From IMG/VR virus record IMGVR_UViG_3300016657_000129, positions 9,346 through 73,345 of that record: a stretch of 64,000 nt of DNA; one strand, written 5' to 3'. A model generated the notes under the pieces. The model was not told the origin of the DNA. It was given only the letters and a program-made list of their open reading frames with translations, and made no database searches. The position numbers and the translations under genes were made by a program. Every line of letters starts with the position of its first letter. Positions within the stretch are counted from its first letter, which is position 1. Below, in pieces: positions 1-11,100 of the stretch. Origin of the DNA: a virus.

Positions 1-136
1 GAAAGAATCTCAATCTGCGATCGCAGAAGATATCTGTATAGAAGATATTTTGCCAACAAAGTGGAATGTTTTCCCTGATTTAAGAACCACAAAGCCAGGT
101 CGCCCACAAGGTTTTAGCCCCATTCTTGGTGAAGAT

Positions 137-325
137 ATGGCAATGGTCAAGAAGGCGAAAGCCTGGTCAATGCCTCAATCTGATTGGGACTGGCTAGAGT
201 CTCAGTCCAATCAAGCGGAAACGATCAGGGACGCGATCGCGATGTATCGCTTAATGCGATCGCATTCCCACCAGCACTCCCGCTCGCAAACGTCGGCGGA
301 TCTGAGTACCAGGCTGGAGCGTTGA
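137..325 (+). CDS. small hypothetical protein (possible ribbon-helix-helix-like DNA-binding protein); its stop codon is the IS insertion site
   Basis: In-frame ATG at 137 of ORF 50..325; short, with an amphipathic helix (QAETIRDAIAMY). Confidence 0.4.
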   Translation: MAMVKKAKAWSMPQSDWDWLESQSNQAETIRDAIAMYRLMRSHSHQHSRSQTSADLSTRLER

Positions 326-480
326 CACTCCCCCGTCTAAAGCGCGGGGGATTCTGTACTCAACGTCAGAACTTGCTCAACCAGGGTTGCCCCAAGAAGA
401 GTAGAGGTTCCAACTCCTACAGCGTTTCTTTGGGGATGCCCTCCCCTAGCTTGCAGTGCAAGATTCAAAATATTGATTGC
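302..480 (-). ncRNA. TnpB omega/reRNA, predicted; guide from flanking CGCTCCAGCCTGGTACTCAG; 5' boundary approximate
   Basis: Established for IS605 TnpB: the RNA overlaps the tnpB 3' end and right end, and the guide is the flanking DNA. Confidence 0.5.
330..350 (-). repeat. IS right-end hairpin
   Basis: CCCCCG-TCTAAAG-CGCGGGGG imperfect palindrome at the tnpB 3' end, followed on the minus strand by AGTGTCAA. Confidence 0.85.
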
Positions 481-1545
481 CGCATTTTCATCTCTATTCA
501 ACTTGCATCCACACTGACAAATATGGGTACGAACCGATAGAGACTTCTTCACAATCGCGCCACAATTACTACACTTTTGACTGGTGTATTGTGGACTGAC
601 CGCAACGGCAACACGTTCAAACTTGCCAGCAAAATACTCAAGCCACTCTCTAAATTGCGTCCAACTAGCATCGTTAATCGACTTAGCTAAACAGTGGTTC
701 TTAACCATATTGCGAACAACCAAATCTTCATAGGCTACTAAGTCGTTAGACTTGCATAGGTTTCTCGCCAGTCTCTTGGCGTGTTCGTTCCGTTGCCTAC
801 TTACTTTTAGATGTTTCTTGGCAAATATTTTTCGTGCCTTGCGGCGTCCACTTTTACCTTTTTCCCTCTTATAGATCCGGCGTTGGGCGTGCTTGATTTT
901 GGCTTCGGCTTTCCTTAGAAATCGCGGGTTTTCTTCCTGATGTCCATTGGAATCAGTGTAGAAATACTCAAGCCCAACGTCAAGGCCGATGGCGTTTCCC
1001 GTTGGTTCTAGTTGCTCTTTAACTTCAGCATTGAGCGCAAATTGGCAATAGTAGCCATCAGCGCGGCGCACCAATCTAACCCGCTTGATTGATTTGATTG
1101 GATAGGTATGAATATCCCACTTACCCAACAGTTTAAGAGTGCCAATTCCTTTCTTGTCAGTAAAGGTAATGCGACGTTTGGTTGGGTGCAACTTCCATCC
1201 ACTGGTCTTGTATTCGACCGAGCGATTGTCTTTTTGGAAGCGAGGGAAACCCTTTTTGCCTAGCTTTTTAGATTTGCAATTATCGTAAAACCTAGAGATA
1301 GCAAGCCATCCACGTTCCGCAGAAGCTTGTACCGCCATTGAGTTTAGGTCTTGCACAAAAGAGAATTCGTTGCGTAGTTCTGTTGAATACTTGTTTAAAG
1401 CAAAACAATTGATCTTGCTTTCTCTGGGTGCATCCATCCAGTAACGAATACATTTGTTACGCACAAATTGTACTGTCCGGATAGCTTCTTCGATAGCCTG
1501 ATATTGGTTTACCTTGCCTTTGACCTTATACTCTAGAACTAACAT
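337..1545 (-). CDS. tnpB: TnpB RNA-guided endonuclease (IS605 OrfB)
   Basis: N-terminal MLVLEYKVKG HTH; RuvC GLDVGL, VAYEDL, NRDENAA; Zn finger CSNCG/CQCG; ATG 1545 preferred over 1623. Confidence 0.95.
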   Translation of the reverse strand: MLVLEYKVKGKVNQYQAIEEAIRTVQFVRNKCIRYWMDAPRESKINCFALNKYSTELRNEFSFVQDLNSMAVQASAERGWLAISRFYDNCKSKKLGKKGFPRFQKDNRSVEYKTSGWKLHPTKRRITFTDKKGIGTLKLLGKWDIHTYPIKSIKRVRLVRRADGYYCQFALNAEVKEQLEPTGNAIGLDVGLEYFYTDSNGHQEENPRFLRKAEAKIKHAQRRIYKREKGKSGRRKARKIFAKKHLKVSRQRNEHAKRLARNLCKSNDLVAYEDLVVRNMVKNHCLAKSINDASWTQFREWLEYFAGKFERVAVAVSPQYTSQKCSNCGAIVKKSLSVRTHICQCGCKLNRDENAAINILNLALQARGGHPQRNAVGVGTSTLLGATLVEQVLTLSTESPAL

Positions 1546-1612
1546 TTTTGAATTCTCTTTGTCTCGACCTGTGTCTATGCTACGATGCCCGTATACGGAT
1601 GTCAAGGGGATT

Positions 1613-2014
1613 ATGAAATTCAATTCACAAGATTACCGTCACGAAAGCAACGCGGTATCGCTACTCAATTACCACTTTGTTTGGATTCCTAAACGCAGAA
1701 AAGCTGTGCTAATTGGAGACGTGGCTAGACGCTTAACTGACATTATCTATGAGGTCGCCAATGAAAATCGTTGGCATGTTATAGCCTTGGAGGTAATGCC
1801 TGACCACGTTCATTTGTTTCTCAATGTCAAGCCTACAGATGCACCAGCAGATATTATGAGAAAAATTAAGGGTCGTGCGTCTCACCACATGAGGAAAGAG
1901 TTTCCAGAATTACTCAAACTGCCAACCTTGTGGACTCCAAGTTACTTTGTCTCAACTGCTGGCAACGTCTGTACGGAGACTGTAAAACGATACATTGAGC
2001 AACAGAAAGGTTAG
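1613..2014 (+). CDS. tnpA: IS200-type Y1 HUH transposase TnpA
   Basis: YHFVWIPKRRK, HUH motif MPDHVHL, LWTPSYFVST, catalytic Tyr in YIEQQ. Confidence 0.96.
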   Translation: MKFNSQDYRHESNAVSLLNYHFVWIPKRRKAVLIGDVARRLTDIIYEVANENRWHVIALEVMPDHVHLFLNVKPTDAPADIMRKIKGRASHHMRKEFPELLKLPTLWTPSYFVSTAGNVCTETVKRYIEQQKG

Positions 2015-2038
2015 TGAGACTAAAGTCTCACGCGGTCA

Positions 2039-2059
2039 CCCCGGTCTAAAGACACGGGG
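2039..2059 (-). repeat. IS left-end hairpin
   Basis: CCCCGGTCTAAAGACACGGGG downstream of tnpA, similar to the right-end hairpin. Confidence 0.85.
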
Positions 2060-2147
2060 TTTTCGCGGACTATTCTATAAAGATAGCCAGAATGTCACCC
2101 GCGATCGCGGTACTAGGAAGCGCATTTTCAACGCTCCTTTTTTGTTT

Positions 2148-2492
2148 CTAAATGCGATCGCTAATACTTTCAACAACTTGATGAGGCACGGCGTTTTTCG
2201 TTAGAATCTCCACTATTTTGGACTTCTGCTGCACGCTTAGATGCAGTCCTCCCACCGCTAGCAACGCCGCTAAATTACAAATCCCTTTTTCCAACTCTTC
2301 AAGTCCTGTCCCTCGGCTCAAAATTGTTTGTAGCCTTAATATTGCAAATAAGATTCCTATTAAAGTTTGGAATTGAGCCGGAGTACTAGCGATCGCGATC
2401 TGACTTTCTACATAAGCAACAATGTCGCCATATAAAAGATCTTCCCACAGATCCGCGTAAAGAGATCCATACCATTCTTTAGATCGAAACAT
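2148..2492 (-). CDS. hypothetical protein
   Basis: 114-aa ORF overlapping the end of the upstream fibre gene. Confidence 0.55.
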   Translation of the reverse strand: MFRSKEWYGSLYADLWEDLLYGDIVAYVESQIAIASTPAQFQTLIGILFAILRLQTILSRGTGLEELEKGICNLAALLAVGGLHLSVQQKSKIVEILTKNAVPHQVVESISDRI

Positions 2493-3603
2493 AGCACCTC
2501 GTTAGATCTGCCCCCAACCAACTCCAAGACGTACCACTATCTTGATCGTCGAGTTCTACAATTGCGACTTGTCCGTTGTAGCTTGAGGTGTCAATAACGC
2601 ATGGTACGCCCACGTCTGAATTACCAATCAAAGAACTCAAGCCAATATCGATCAAGACAGCATTATCTAAGTCTCCAAGTATCCGTATTCTCTTTAAATC
2701 ACCATTAGAGGCTCCCCCACCTAGTAAAGTTAAAATTAATTTATTTTTTAAAGTTACATATCCAACCCTGATTTTTCCTGTGGCGATTTCCCCAAGACTT
2801 GAATTTCCTAGTATTTGAGGATTTCTGGATCTCCAAATCCAACTTCCTGCCGCTTGAAAATCGTTCGTCAATCCCCAGTTGCTGTCCCTATACAAGATCT
2901 CCGTCAACGAATTCTTGCTTGAGATTGCTGTTGGGATGTATTGCCCTTGATTAAAGATCAGTGCCTGCCTATCAACAGGGGTAACGGGACTGATGGTGTA
3001 CCCCCTAATTTTGAGCGCATTCCACGCTGGCTCTTCTGCTCCAATATTACTCCTGGCGGTTACAGTGTTACTCAAGTCCGACAAGTTGTTGCCTGCCTGT
3101 AAAAAACCCGATCGCCCCAGACCTTGAAGCGTTGTGGCGTTAATTCCCGCGCTATCCGTGTCGGTTCGCAATATCGCCGCTAATATATCATTGTCCGATA
3201 GCGTCTCCCCATCTAGCAATTGCTGCCAGTCGTCGCCTCGATAAATCAGGGTTAGGCTGCGTCCAGGTTTGATCGTCCAATTATTTTTAAATAGTCTCAA
3301 TCCGCTGTTTGCCAGCGTCGCGCTATCTTGCAATGTTATGTCGTTGCCCCCCACGTTGATTAATATCAATTGCTGGAATTTCCCCACCTCTCCATCTCCG
3401 ATCGCAGGCGTGGCAGTCAACACGATCGCAGAAGCCGAACTAATTGCGACAATCGAAGCAACGGGCGCGATCGCGGTACTCGCGGTTAGGGTTTGCGCGA
3501 TCGCGGGTTGCACGATTCCGTCAGTTTCGATGAAGGAACCTGCGGGCGATCGCTGAAATTGTCCTTGTGCTTGATTGTAAATCTGAGGGCGATATGAATT
3601 CAT
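2479..3603 (-). CDS. tail fibre / virion structural protein
   Basis: GNNLSDLSNTVTARSNIG motif typical of phage fibres; beta-rich. Confidence 0.65.
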   Translation of the reverse strand: MNSYRPQIYNQAQGQFQRSPAGSFIETDGIVQPAIAQTLTASTAIAPVASIVAISSASAIVLTATPAIGDGEVGKFQQLILINVGGNDITLQDSATLANSGLRLFKNNWTIKPGRSLTLIYRGDDWQQLLDGETLSDNDILAAILRTDTDSAGINATTLQGLGRSGFLQAGNNLSDLSNTVTARSNIGAEEPAWNALKIRGYTISPVTPVDRQALIFNQGQYIPTAISSKNSLTEILYRDSNWGLTNDFQAAGSWIWRSRNPQILGNSSLGEIATGKIRVGYVTLKNKLILTLLGGGASNGDLKRIRILGDLDNAVLIDIGLSSLIGNSDVGVPCVIDTSSYNGQVAIVELDDQDSGTSWSWLGADLTRCYVSI

Positions 3604-3643
3604 TTAGGAGCAGCAATATATCTACTCCTAATTTATCCTCAAA

Positions 3644-4024
3644 CTATCCATCCACCCCATTTGGAATCTCTACAACTCCAGATTCAATCCGCACCTCATC
3701 GCTAGCGCGGGCGACTAGCAAGCTTTCTAGTTCTTTGACCAACTCCTCTGGTGCGTCGTTTGCCTCCAGGTAGTTGAGGATCTCGATCGCTAGCGGGGAT
3801 TCGGATAGAAGGCGATCGCTTTCCCCGCTAATTACGTAAGCGCGTATCCACTTTTCGATCAATAGGCTGCGATCGCCAGATTTAGGTACTAGCGCTAGGA
3901 AAATATCCCAAATCCACAGACTTACGTGTAAATTAGTTTGCACTTTTTTATCCTGCTCCGGCTTAGGCTTTGTTCCTGCGCCTTTGCGTCGCCCACCGTG
4001 ATTTGTTTTTGGAGATTCTGGCAT
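3644..4024 (-). CDS. small DNA-binding protein
   Basis: N-terminal HGGRRKGAGTKPK basic motif typical of small phage regulators. Confidence 0.55.
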   Translation of the reverse strand: MPESPKTNHGGRRKGAGTKPKPEQDKKVQTNLHVSLWIWDIFLALVPKSGDRSLLIEKWIRAYVISGESDRLLSESPLAIEILNYLEANDAPEELVKELESLLVARASDEVRIESGVVEIPNGVDG

Positions 4025-4040
4025 TTTTAGAAAAAACCTC

Positions 4041-4070
4041 TTGACATTCCCAACTTGATTGCACTATATT
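4041..4070 (+). promoter_or_regulatory. sigma70-type promoter
   Basis: TTGACA-N18-TATATT upstream of the + strand cluster. Confidence 0.55.
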
Positions 4071-4280
4071 AAATTCAAGCAAAAGGCATAGCGTGGAACG
4101 ACCTTCCACTTGAGGCGATTCGCATCTAAGAAAACTAATTAAGAGAAACAAGATGAGAAAATTTGTTGATTTATCAAACCAAAAATTTGGTAGATTAACA
4201 GCACTTTCACTATCAAATCCAGCCCGGTATAAGGGCTTGGCTGCACTTGCTGCGGCTACCATTACGCTGTGAGGAAAACA

Positions 4281-4868
4281 ATGAACAAAATTCTATTTTG
4301 TGATATTGATAATACGCTGACAGAAACAATCAGCGGATCGCCCTTTAAGCAATCGCCCAGCGATATCAAAATTATCGAGGGTGCAGATAAAGCGATCGCG
4401 TATTTTTCAAATAAAGGCTGGACGATTATCGGAATCTCAAATCAAGGCGGCGTGGCGGCAGGCCACAAATCGATTGAAGATACAATCGAAGAGATGGCAA
4501 ACACCCTCTATTTATTTCCTGGAATACAGAAAATATACTTCTGCCCAGATTTTGAAGGTTTTGAATGCTGGAAAGTTACACGAGAAAAAGCAGATTTAAT
4601 CAAACAATCTTCTTTCCCTCGATACGAATTTGAAGATAGTTTCCGGAAGCCAGGAGCAGGAATTTTTGTAATGATTTGGAAATCTCTACCATACGTTCCT
4701 GGCAGAATTTGGATGATCGGCGATCGCGAAGAAGATGCAGGATTTGCTAAAAAAGCAGGAATTCCTTATTGTCCTGCTGATGTCTGGCGATCGCGATTCT
4801 TGAAGGGAATTCAAGAATTATCGGTAACACCCGCACAATTAGAATTTTTAGAGGGAATTAAATTATGA
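4281..4868 (+). CDS. HAD-IIIA hydrolase (GmhB / polynucleotide 3'-phosphatase-like)
   Basis: ILFCDIDNTL (DxDxT), ISNQGG, RKPGAG, MIGDREED; GAGG RBS before ATG 4281. Confidence 0.88.
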   Translation: MNKILFCDIDNTLTETISGSPFKQSPSDIKIIEGADKAIAYFSNKGWTIIGISNQGGVAAGHKSIEDTIEEMANTLYLFPGIQKIYFCPDFEGFECWKVTREKADLIKQSSFPRYEFEDSFRKPGAGIFVMIWKSLPYVPGRIWMIGDREEDAGFAKKAGIPYCPADVWRSRFLKGIQELSVTPAQLEFLEGIKL

Positions 4869-5122
4869 AAATCTGCCCCTATGGAGGGTATTGTATCGAT
4901 CTGGGAAACCCCTCAGATTGCGAAATAAACAAGCCCTTCACGAATTGTGCAAACTTCTCCTCAGTAGAAGAAAAAAAAGAATTTGATAGTCTTCCTAATG
5001 TATATTTTTTCAGATCAAAAGAGGGAGGAGAGATTGGATTTAAAAATCAAAAGCAGCTAGAGTTTTTCTTAGCTGATTTGCCGGAATCTCAAAAAGAAGG
5101 ATCTAGTTGGAGAAAAATTTAG
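4865..5122 (+). CDS. hypothetical Cys-rich protein
   Basis: ATGA-coupled to the HAD gene. Confidence 0.55.
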   Translation: MKICPYGGYCIDLGNPSDCEINKPFTNCANFSSVEEKKEFDSLPNVYFFRSKEGGEIGFKNQKQLEFFLADLPESQKEGSSWRKI

Positions 5123-5229
5123 TCAAAGAAGCCAAAAATTAAGCGGCTCCGAATATATGAGAGCCAGAGAAGAAAAAACCGCGGAAGGCTCAAACCTTCC
5201 AATAAATTTACAAATTAAAAGGAAAGACA

Positions 5230-5439
5230 ATGACTATTTTAGGCACAGGACAAGACGGGGAACAAATAGTAATGGAAAAAGTGCATTCTTTGTGCTTTTT
5301 AATTCATGCAGCGGGCAATCCTGAAAGCCCGTTTGAGTTTGCTTCCGAAAGTGAGGCAAGGCAATTTGCGGAATTTGTAATAAAGTTTCGCATAGAAGAA
5401 AACTTGAAAAGCTTGCTGCGGCTATCTGATAAAGAGTAG
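5230..5439 (+). CDS. hypothetical protein
   Basis: AAGGA RBS; co-oriented cluster. Confidence 0.5.
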   Translation: MTILGTGQDGEQIVMEKVHSLCFLIHAAGNPESPFEFASESEARQFAEFVIKFRIEENLKSLLRLSDKE

Positions 5440-5532
5440 CCAGAGCCAGCATGTTACTCCCGCAGCACCTCAGAGCCGGACTGCGGGGGCATTCCCGGAT
5501 TGTTTTTCACCGGGATTTATTAGGAGGAAATC

Positions 5533-5736
5533 GTGAATAGTACAACCAAAATTAGCACCGAATTCAGAGAATTTGACAACGTAGAAGAATTAATAAAAAC
5601 TTCTGTTTTATCAGACTATGACTACAAATACTTCTGGGACGAGCAAGAAAGCGAAAATCTTGAAAAGCTAATTGCTCAAAAAGTAATGCCTACCGAAAAA
5701 AATTTTGTAATGCAAGAGCTAGGGATAAACCCATAA
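5533..5736 (+). CDS. hypothetical protein
   Basis: Strong AGGAGG RBS before GTG. Confidence 0.55.
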   Translation: MNSTTKISTEFREFDNVEELIKTSVLSDYDYKYFWDEQESENLEKLIAQKVMPTEKNFVMQELGINP

Positions 5737-5744
5737 TCGCTGGG

Positions 5745-7976
5745 TCAAAGCCCCACAGGATCTGAAATATCAAGAATAAGCTCGGTGCTGCTTTTGGCAA
5801 TACCGAGCTTTACTAATTGTCCGTTATTAGGCGGAGAGGAGGTAATTTTCCCCGCTTCGCTTACGTTCAAAAAATAATAGCTTCCCGGAATCAAACCGCC
5901 GTTACTACCCGCGATCGCGTCCCATTCTGTCGCCGTTCCTGATATCGATCCATCGCGTCGCACCCCGCCAATTGTACCGGGCGCGATCGCTGACATCGCC
6001 AATCCCAAAACCCGCGATAGTGCCAAGCTGCTGCCATTCGCTAAAACGACGCTTGACGATCCATTAAGGACGACCGGGGAGAGTTTGGCGATCGCGCTTG
6101 GAGATGCGTTGGTGACATCGAAGTCTGGCGTTGCTAACTTGGCGATCGCTTCCACCAAATCAACCGGCAATTCCCGCACGCAGCCTTCATTCGGATCGTG
6201 ACTGATGCTGGTAATTACCCCGCCATCAAAATAGTAGGCCGCCGCGACCCGAAAATTGCCAGACAGCGATCCTCCCGCTGCCACCGCGATCGCTACCTGC
6301 GGCGGATCGAATAAGCAAAAGTTTGCGTGTGGAGGGTTGGGCAAAGCCGAAACAACTGTCGATCCAGACAGGCTTGAAATAACGGCGGTTTGAGTCGTTC
6401 CAGAGACGACAGAAACCGGCGCGTTGATTCTCAGTATTTCGTTAGTTGCCACCCTTAATAAGTACAATTGCACAAATGGCGGATTAAAATTCGCCCCATC
6501 TTTGCCACCAACTGTGGGGTAATCTGCCCTCACGATTCCCCCATTTGCGCCATAGGGATAGGCTAGCGTAACCAAGATGCTGCCATTTGCGGTAATTTGA
6601 TTCGACCAGGCAGAGGCACGAGAATGCCCCGGTTCCATGCCAATCTTTGCTCTTAGGGCTTCTGCGTTGCTCAGCGTTGCGCTTGATGGATATGAAAAAC
6701 AATTCCCGTTTCCATCGATCGCCAACTGCTGCCCCGTTCCTCCCGGTAGAAATCCCCCAACGGTACGCTTGCTTTTAGTGGGAAACATGTAGCGCTTAAT
6801 CAGTGCCGAGCCAGACAATACGATCGCTTCCCCCCCGGAACCTGGAAGAACTCGCAGGCGATCGCCTACAGGAAAAACGCAATCTTTGAACGCTTCCCAC
6901 AGCCCGTGCGCCGGTTCCCCCGCTTGACCCCAAGGCGAAAGTAAGAAGCTAATTAGCGCTCCATCAACTTCGCCAACCTGACTCTTGCTGAAAAACGGTG
7001 CAACCGACAAAAGCAGCGCGTCGCCATCTGGCAGATCTTTTTCTAAAACAATGGAAAACCGCGTCCCATCCCAATCAAACTCCTGCTCGACAGTTATCCC
7101 AGAAGCATCCAAAAACCCATCATCCAAATTGACGTAACCGTGAATTTTTAGCTTCAATTTCTGCGCGTACAAATTTGATTTGTTCTGCGCCCCGTGAAAA
7201 ACGTCAATTCTAAAAGTCTCTCCCGCTGCTAGCGGACTGCCCGAATTATTGCGCCACATCAATTTAATCGGTGTCCCCTTTACGGGTGGGTGAGCAGCTG
7301 GATATGGCGGCGCGGCAATTATCGTGCTGGGACTAATCGCTTGCACCGGCGCAGCGCATCCCGCAGTTCCAAATGGCGTCGGCACCGATCCAATTGCTGG
7401 GTTCCCCGCGCCATTTAATCCGAACCTCACCCATTTCTCTCCTCCAGGTCTTTCGATTGCTCCCTCTCCCGATGGCGCAAAGGGGTCGAAACGGTAGTGA
7501 CCGTCGCTTAACAAATAGCGAATCATCCCTGGTAGTACGTTTGCTCCACTTGGTAATTCGCTGACGCTATTAACGATCGGCACACCTCCCCCAGATACTG
7601 CCACGTGATCGTCGCGATACAGGGTAACTGCGCCTAGCGATCGCGCAGTTACCTGATCAAATTCGTAATTCCGCCATTCAAATAATTGGATCGCATCGGA
7701 GGCGTTGCCGGTTGGACTGTGACTGAGGCAGTAGTAATGAAAGTCTGTCGCTGCCGTTCTTGCCGCTGCGGGAAAAGTTACCCGTACCGCATCTGTCGCC
7801 GCATAATTAATTGGAGATATGGGCAAGCTTGCAACCGTGTACCCTGCCCGGTTGCGCCCTTGGAGAAACAGCCTCAAAGTCCCAGGCGCGGAAAACTGCC
7901 CAGAGCCTGGAATCAAGGCAATATTGGCGTTTAAAAAGGGAAGCCTAAGCATTCCGTGAGCGTATTCGCAGGGCAT
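5745..7976 (-). CDS. virion structural / tail protein
   Basis: 743 aa, Gly/Pro/Ser-rich; C-terminal PGSYYFL..GKIT..GQLVKLGIAKSSTEL domain common in tail appendages. Confidence 0.65.
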   Translation of the reverse strand: MPCEYAHGMLRLPFLNANIALIPGSGQFSAPGTLRLFLQGRNRAGYTVASLPISPINYAATDAVRVTFPAAARTAATDFHYYCLSHSPTGNASDAIQLFEWRNYEFDQVTARSLGAVTLYRDDHVAVSGGGVPIVNSVSELPSGANVLPGMIRYLLSDGHYRFDPFAPSGEGAIERPGGEKWVRFGLNGAGNPAIGSVPTPFGTAGCAAPVQAISPSTIIAAPPYPAAHPPVKGTPIKLMWRNNSGSPLAAGETFRIDVFHGAQNKSNLYAQKLKLKIHGYVNLDDGFLDASGITVEQEFDWDGTRFSIVLEKDLPDGDALLLSVAPFFSKSQVGEVDGALISFLLSPWGQAGEPAHGLWEAFKDCVFPVGDRLRVLPGSGGEAIVLSGSALIKRYMFPTKSKRTVGGFLPGGTGQQLAIDGNGNCFSYPSSATLSNAEALRAKIGMEPGHSRASAWSNQITANGSILVTLAYPYGANGGIVRADYPTVGGKDGANFNPPFVQLYLLRVATNEILRINAPVSVVSGTTQTAVISSLSGSTVVSALPNPPHANFCLFDPPQVAIAVAAGGSLSGNFRVAAAYYFDGGVITSISHDPNEGCVRELPVDLVEAIAKLATPDFDVTNASPSAIAKLSPVVLNGSSSVVLANGSSLALSRVLGLAMSAIAPGTIGGVRRDGSISGTATEWDAIAGSNGGLIPGSYYFLNVSEAGKITSSPPNNGQLVKLGIAKSSTELILDISDPVGL

Positions 7977-8182
7977 GGTTTCTCCAAATTAATATTGCAG
8001 TTCTGCAAAAGTGAAACGTGCGTAGCTCCGCACCTATCTCCAACCAATTATTTTTGTGTAAGTTGGTTGCGATTTATTGCTTAAAGACACAGCGATCGCT
8101 TCCGCAATTTGTTTGTTAATGTTTCGTCTTTCTCTCTTAATCGTTTCTACGATCGTTCTAGCAAGCAATCTATCGTTGTTCA

Positions 8183-11100
8183 TCAAAAGTTCCTCCTAGT
8201 TACCGTGTCGGGGAATAACAATTCTCCTAATGGCTGTTCGCCTTTAATAAAAAAGATATCCAATTCATACTGCCGTTGGTTGTTTTCGTCTCGATCGTCG
8301 AGTAACGGTTCTGGTCTTTGGGAGAAATCGCAGGGAGTCTCTCTGTCAATGGCAAGGGTGAGTTGCGTCCCTGGACTTGTCACTAAAGACGAGCCGCCCA
8401 CTAACCCTTGAATCTCGACGCTATGGCGCACCCCCAGAATCCTTCTTTTCCGCCGAATCCCGTTAGCGACGTAGGTTAGGCGATCGCCCGATTTAAACTG
8501 CGGTGAAAACTTCGCGGTTAAGTTTTCTGTCGCTGAGTTCTGCCAGTTTTTAATTGTAATGTCTGTCTTCGCCGCCAGTTGAGCCTCTGCTAATGTTTTG
8601 GCGTGCGGATAGGATAGCGTTCCTCCTTCCACCGGAAAGTTCGGCTGCACGTTCCTTTGGTATGCCGGATCGTAACTGTGGGGAGTAGATACCAAGTATT
8701 GATATTTGGTCGGATCTTTCTTTTTATTCTCGTCCCCAGTAATGGGTTCTGGTGGTTCGATCTTTTCGTAGGCGATCGCTTTGCGCGGCGCTTCGGGTGG
8801 CCTGCCTTGGTTGTGTTGCAACTTGGTTATTTCCAAAGAAGCGTTAAAGCCCGGATCTGTGGCGTTGAAGTCGCTGGAATAAGAGCTGTAAGAATCATCT
8901 TGAAGCCGATTCGGTGAAAACGGAGCCTCTAGCACGCTACCTTCCATAAAATCAGAAACGTTGCGTCCGTCGTCAAATCTGCTGATGCTGTTGCGGGTAT
9001 TTTTACTTTGATTGATTCGGACAAAACTGCGATGAAAAGTTTCTTGTCCTGTTGTTAGTTTTGGTTTGGGATCGTCGGGCGGATCGTCATCGGGATTTCT
9101 GGCAGAAGCGAAGCTGTTCTCATGCGTTGCTGATGCTGCAATGAAGTAAGTATTGCGGTAGTTCGGATCGTAAGCAACGCGGGGAACCTTCTCCCCGTTT
9201 GGTAGGCAAGTCCAGTAAATCTCTACTCCTTCAAGCTTGGAATCGTCCTTGTAGAATCTCCAGTGAGGTAGTAAGTAATCTCTGTTTTTTCCGGCGATCG
9301 CGTTGGTAAAAAATGCGTACTTAAAATTGTATAAATTGTAATCTTCGCTCCCCGGTTCTAGCGCTATAGTTTCTGGCGCTTGTGGGTTCTCTGATTCGTA
9401 GCGAGTTAGTATCCAGCCGCTAGTGTCAGAGCCTAACCTATAGCCGGTCTTCCCATCGAAGAAGTGTTCGGTTTTCTTTGTCCCAATTTGACGCCAAGCC
9501 GTCTCCCCTGCAACCCCTACTAGCTCCCCGTTAGCATCAAATAATTCGCGCCCATAAACGACAAAACCCCAAGTATTTTCTTCTTCTCTGGTGACTACCC
9601 CATCTTCTAGCTCGGTAATTACTCCTACCTTTTTTACTCCGCTGCCATCGACGCTGTTGCAATCAAGCGACTTGATTCTCCCCGTATTCGCTGGTGGAAT
9701 TTGAGGATCTTTATCTCCCTCAACTCGCCGTTCTTTTACTGATGGAATTCTGCGCCATTGGGGCGCTAGATTGTCTGCTTTGTTGGATTGGGTATCTTCT
9801 GAATTACCAGTAACCCCAGTTTGATTAAATCGTCCGTCGATTCGATGCGGCGGATAGTAATGCTCGCTGTACGGAAAAATTGTTTGGTCTTCATCTCTGA
9901 GCCTTGGTTCTTCTGGTTCTAGCAAGGCTGCCGGGATATTTCCACCTGGCGGCAAGGGATCGAAATTGCCGCCAACTCCTATCTGTTGCGGCTTAATTCC
10001 TTGTACCGATAGCGATATTTCTCCGGCAATATCCTCTTCGGCGATCGCCCAACTGTTGATGGCAGAGATCGACTTTACTTCTACTCCATTGGGGTTTGAA
10101 TAATTAACAAATGCGCCCAACTGTCGAATTCTGGCTTGCAACTCTTGCCCAAAAGTTGAAATCGTTGATTCGCTTGGCGTCTCAATTGAAAGTGCTGGGC
10201 CGATGTAATTGCACCCAGCAGCGATCGCGGTCTGCGCCATTGTTATTCCCGTCGCCGCAACAGTTGCACTCGCAGGAGGCTTGCCGCATTCTGGATCGAA
10301 ATAAGCTCCGGTTGTTGTTACCGCAGTCGCTCCGTTTTTTCCCAGCACGATGGGATTATCCAAGCAATACTCGTGCATCCCGCCCAGACTTACTGAAACC
10401 TGGATTAATCGCATCGGCTGCTGAGAATAAGGAATTTCAGTTATTTGCAGGTTTGTAATGGCGAATCCTACGCCGAAAGCGGTAAAGGTTGTTCCCGGTC
10501 GCAACAGAGCGATCGCCACTTCCTTTAAAGCAGCTAAAGTCCGAAAATTAAAACTTCCCGATGGTTGTTGTTCAAACCCCTCTGACCAGGAAAACGTTCC
10601 TTCTAACGGCAAGATCCTAAACAAATCTGGGAACGGCGGCAGTACTGCGTTGGTTTCAAGTTCTAATTTACCCAACAGAACGTTGAGCGAAGTCTGTCCT
10701 CTTCCCGCAATCCTGTATCGAAGCTTGTTGGTTGCAGGATCGAAATAATAATCTAAATTCTCTCCGTTACCTTGCACCAACAACGGCTCTAGTCCTGCAC
10801 CAACTTCAATCTCTCCTTCGCGAATTAGCAAGGGCATTGCCAAAGTTAGCGCCCAATCTTCGCCATGAACTGCTGTTAGTTGTCCTGTCGTAAATATTCC
10901 AAAAAGTTCTGTTGCGTTACTAACCGCAAAAGTTGGTTCTAGAATTGCCGAAGTTAGCGCGAAATCTTCTGCCATCGGCACGGCAATTTCATCAACAAAA
11001 TTTCCAGGCGCTGTTGGGGTGGCAGCAAAGTCAGATGCGGGAACGGTTAGCGAAGTGTTGGAGGTTGACGACCCTGTACTTGCTTGCACTTGTATCGGTG

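Larger units (their letters stand above)
322..2076 (-). mobile_element. IS200/IS605-family insertion sequence (IS605 group, divergent tnpA/tnpB)
   Basis: Divergent tnpA and tnpB; subterminal hairpins at both ends; right end finishes in TCAA (minus strand, 322-325); left end preceded by TTAT (2077-2080). Confidence 0.92.
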
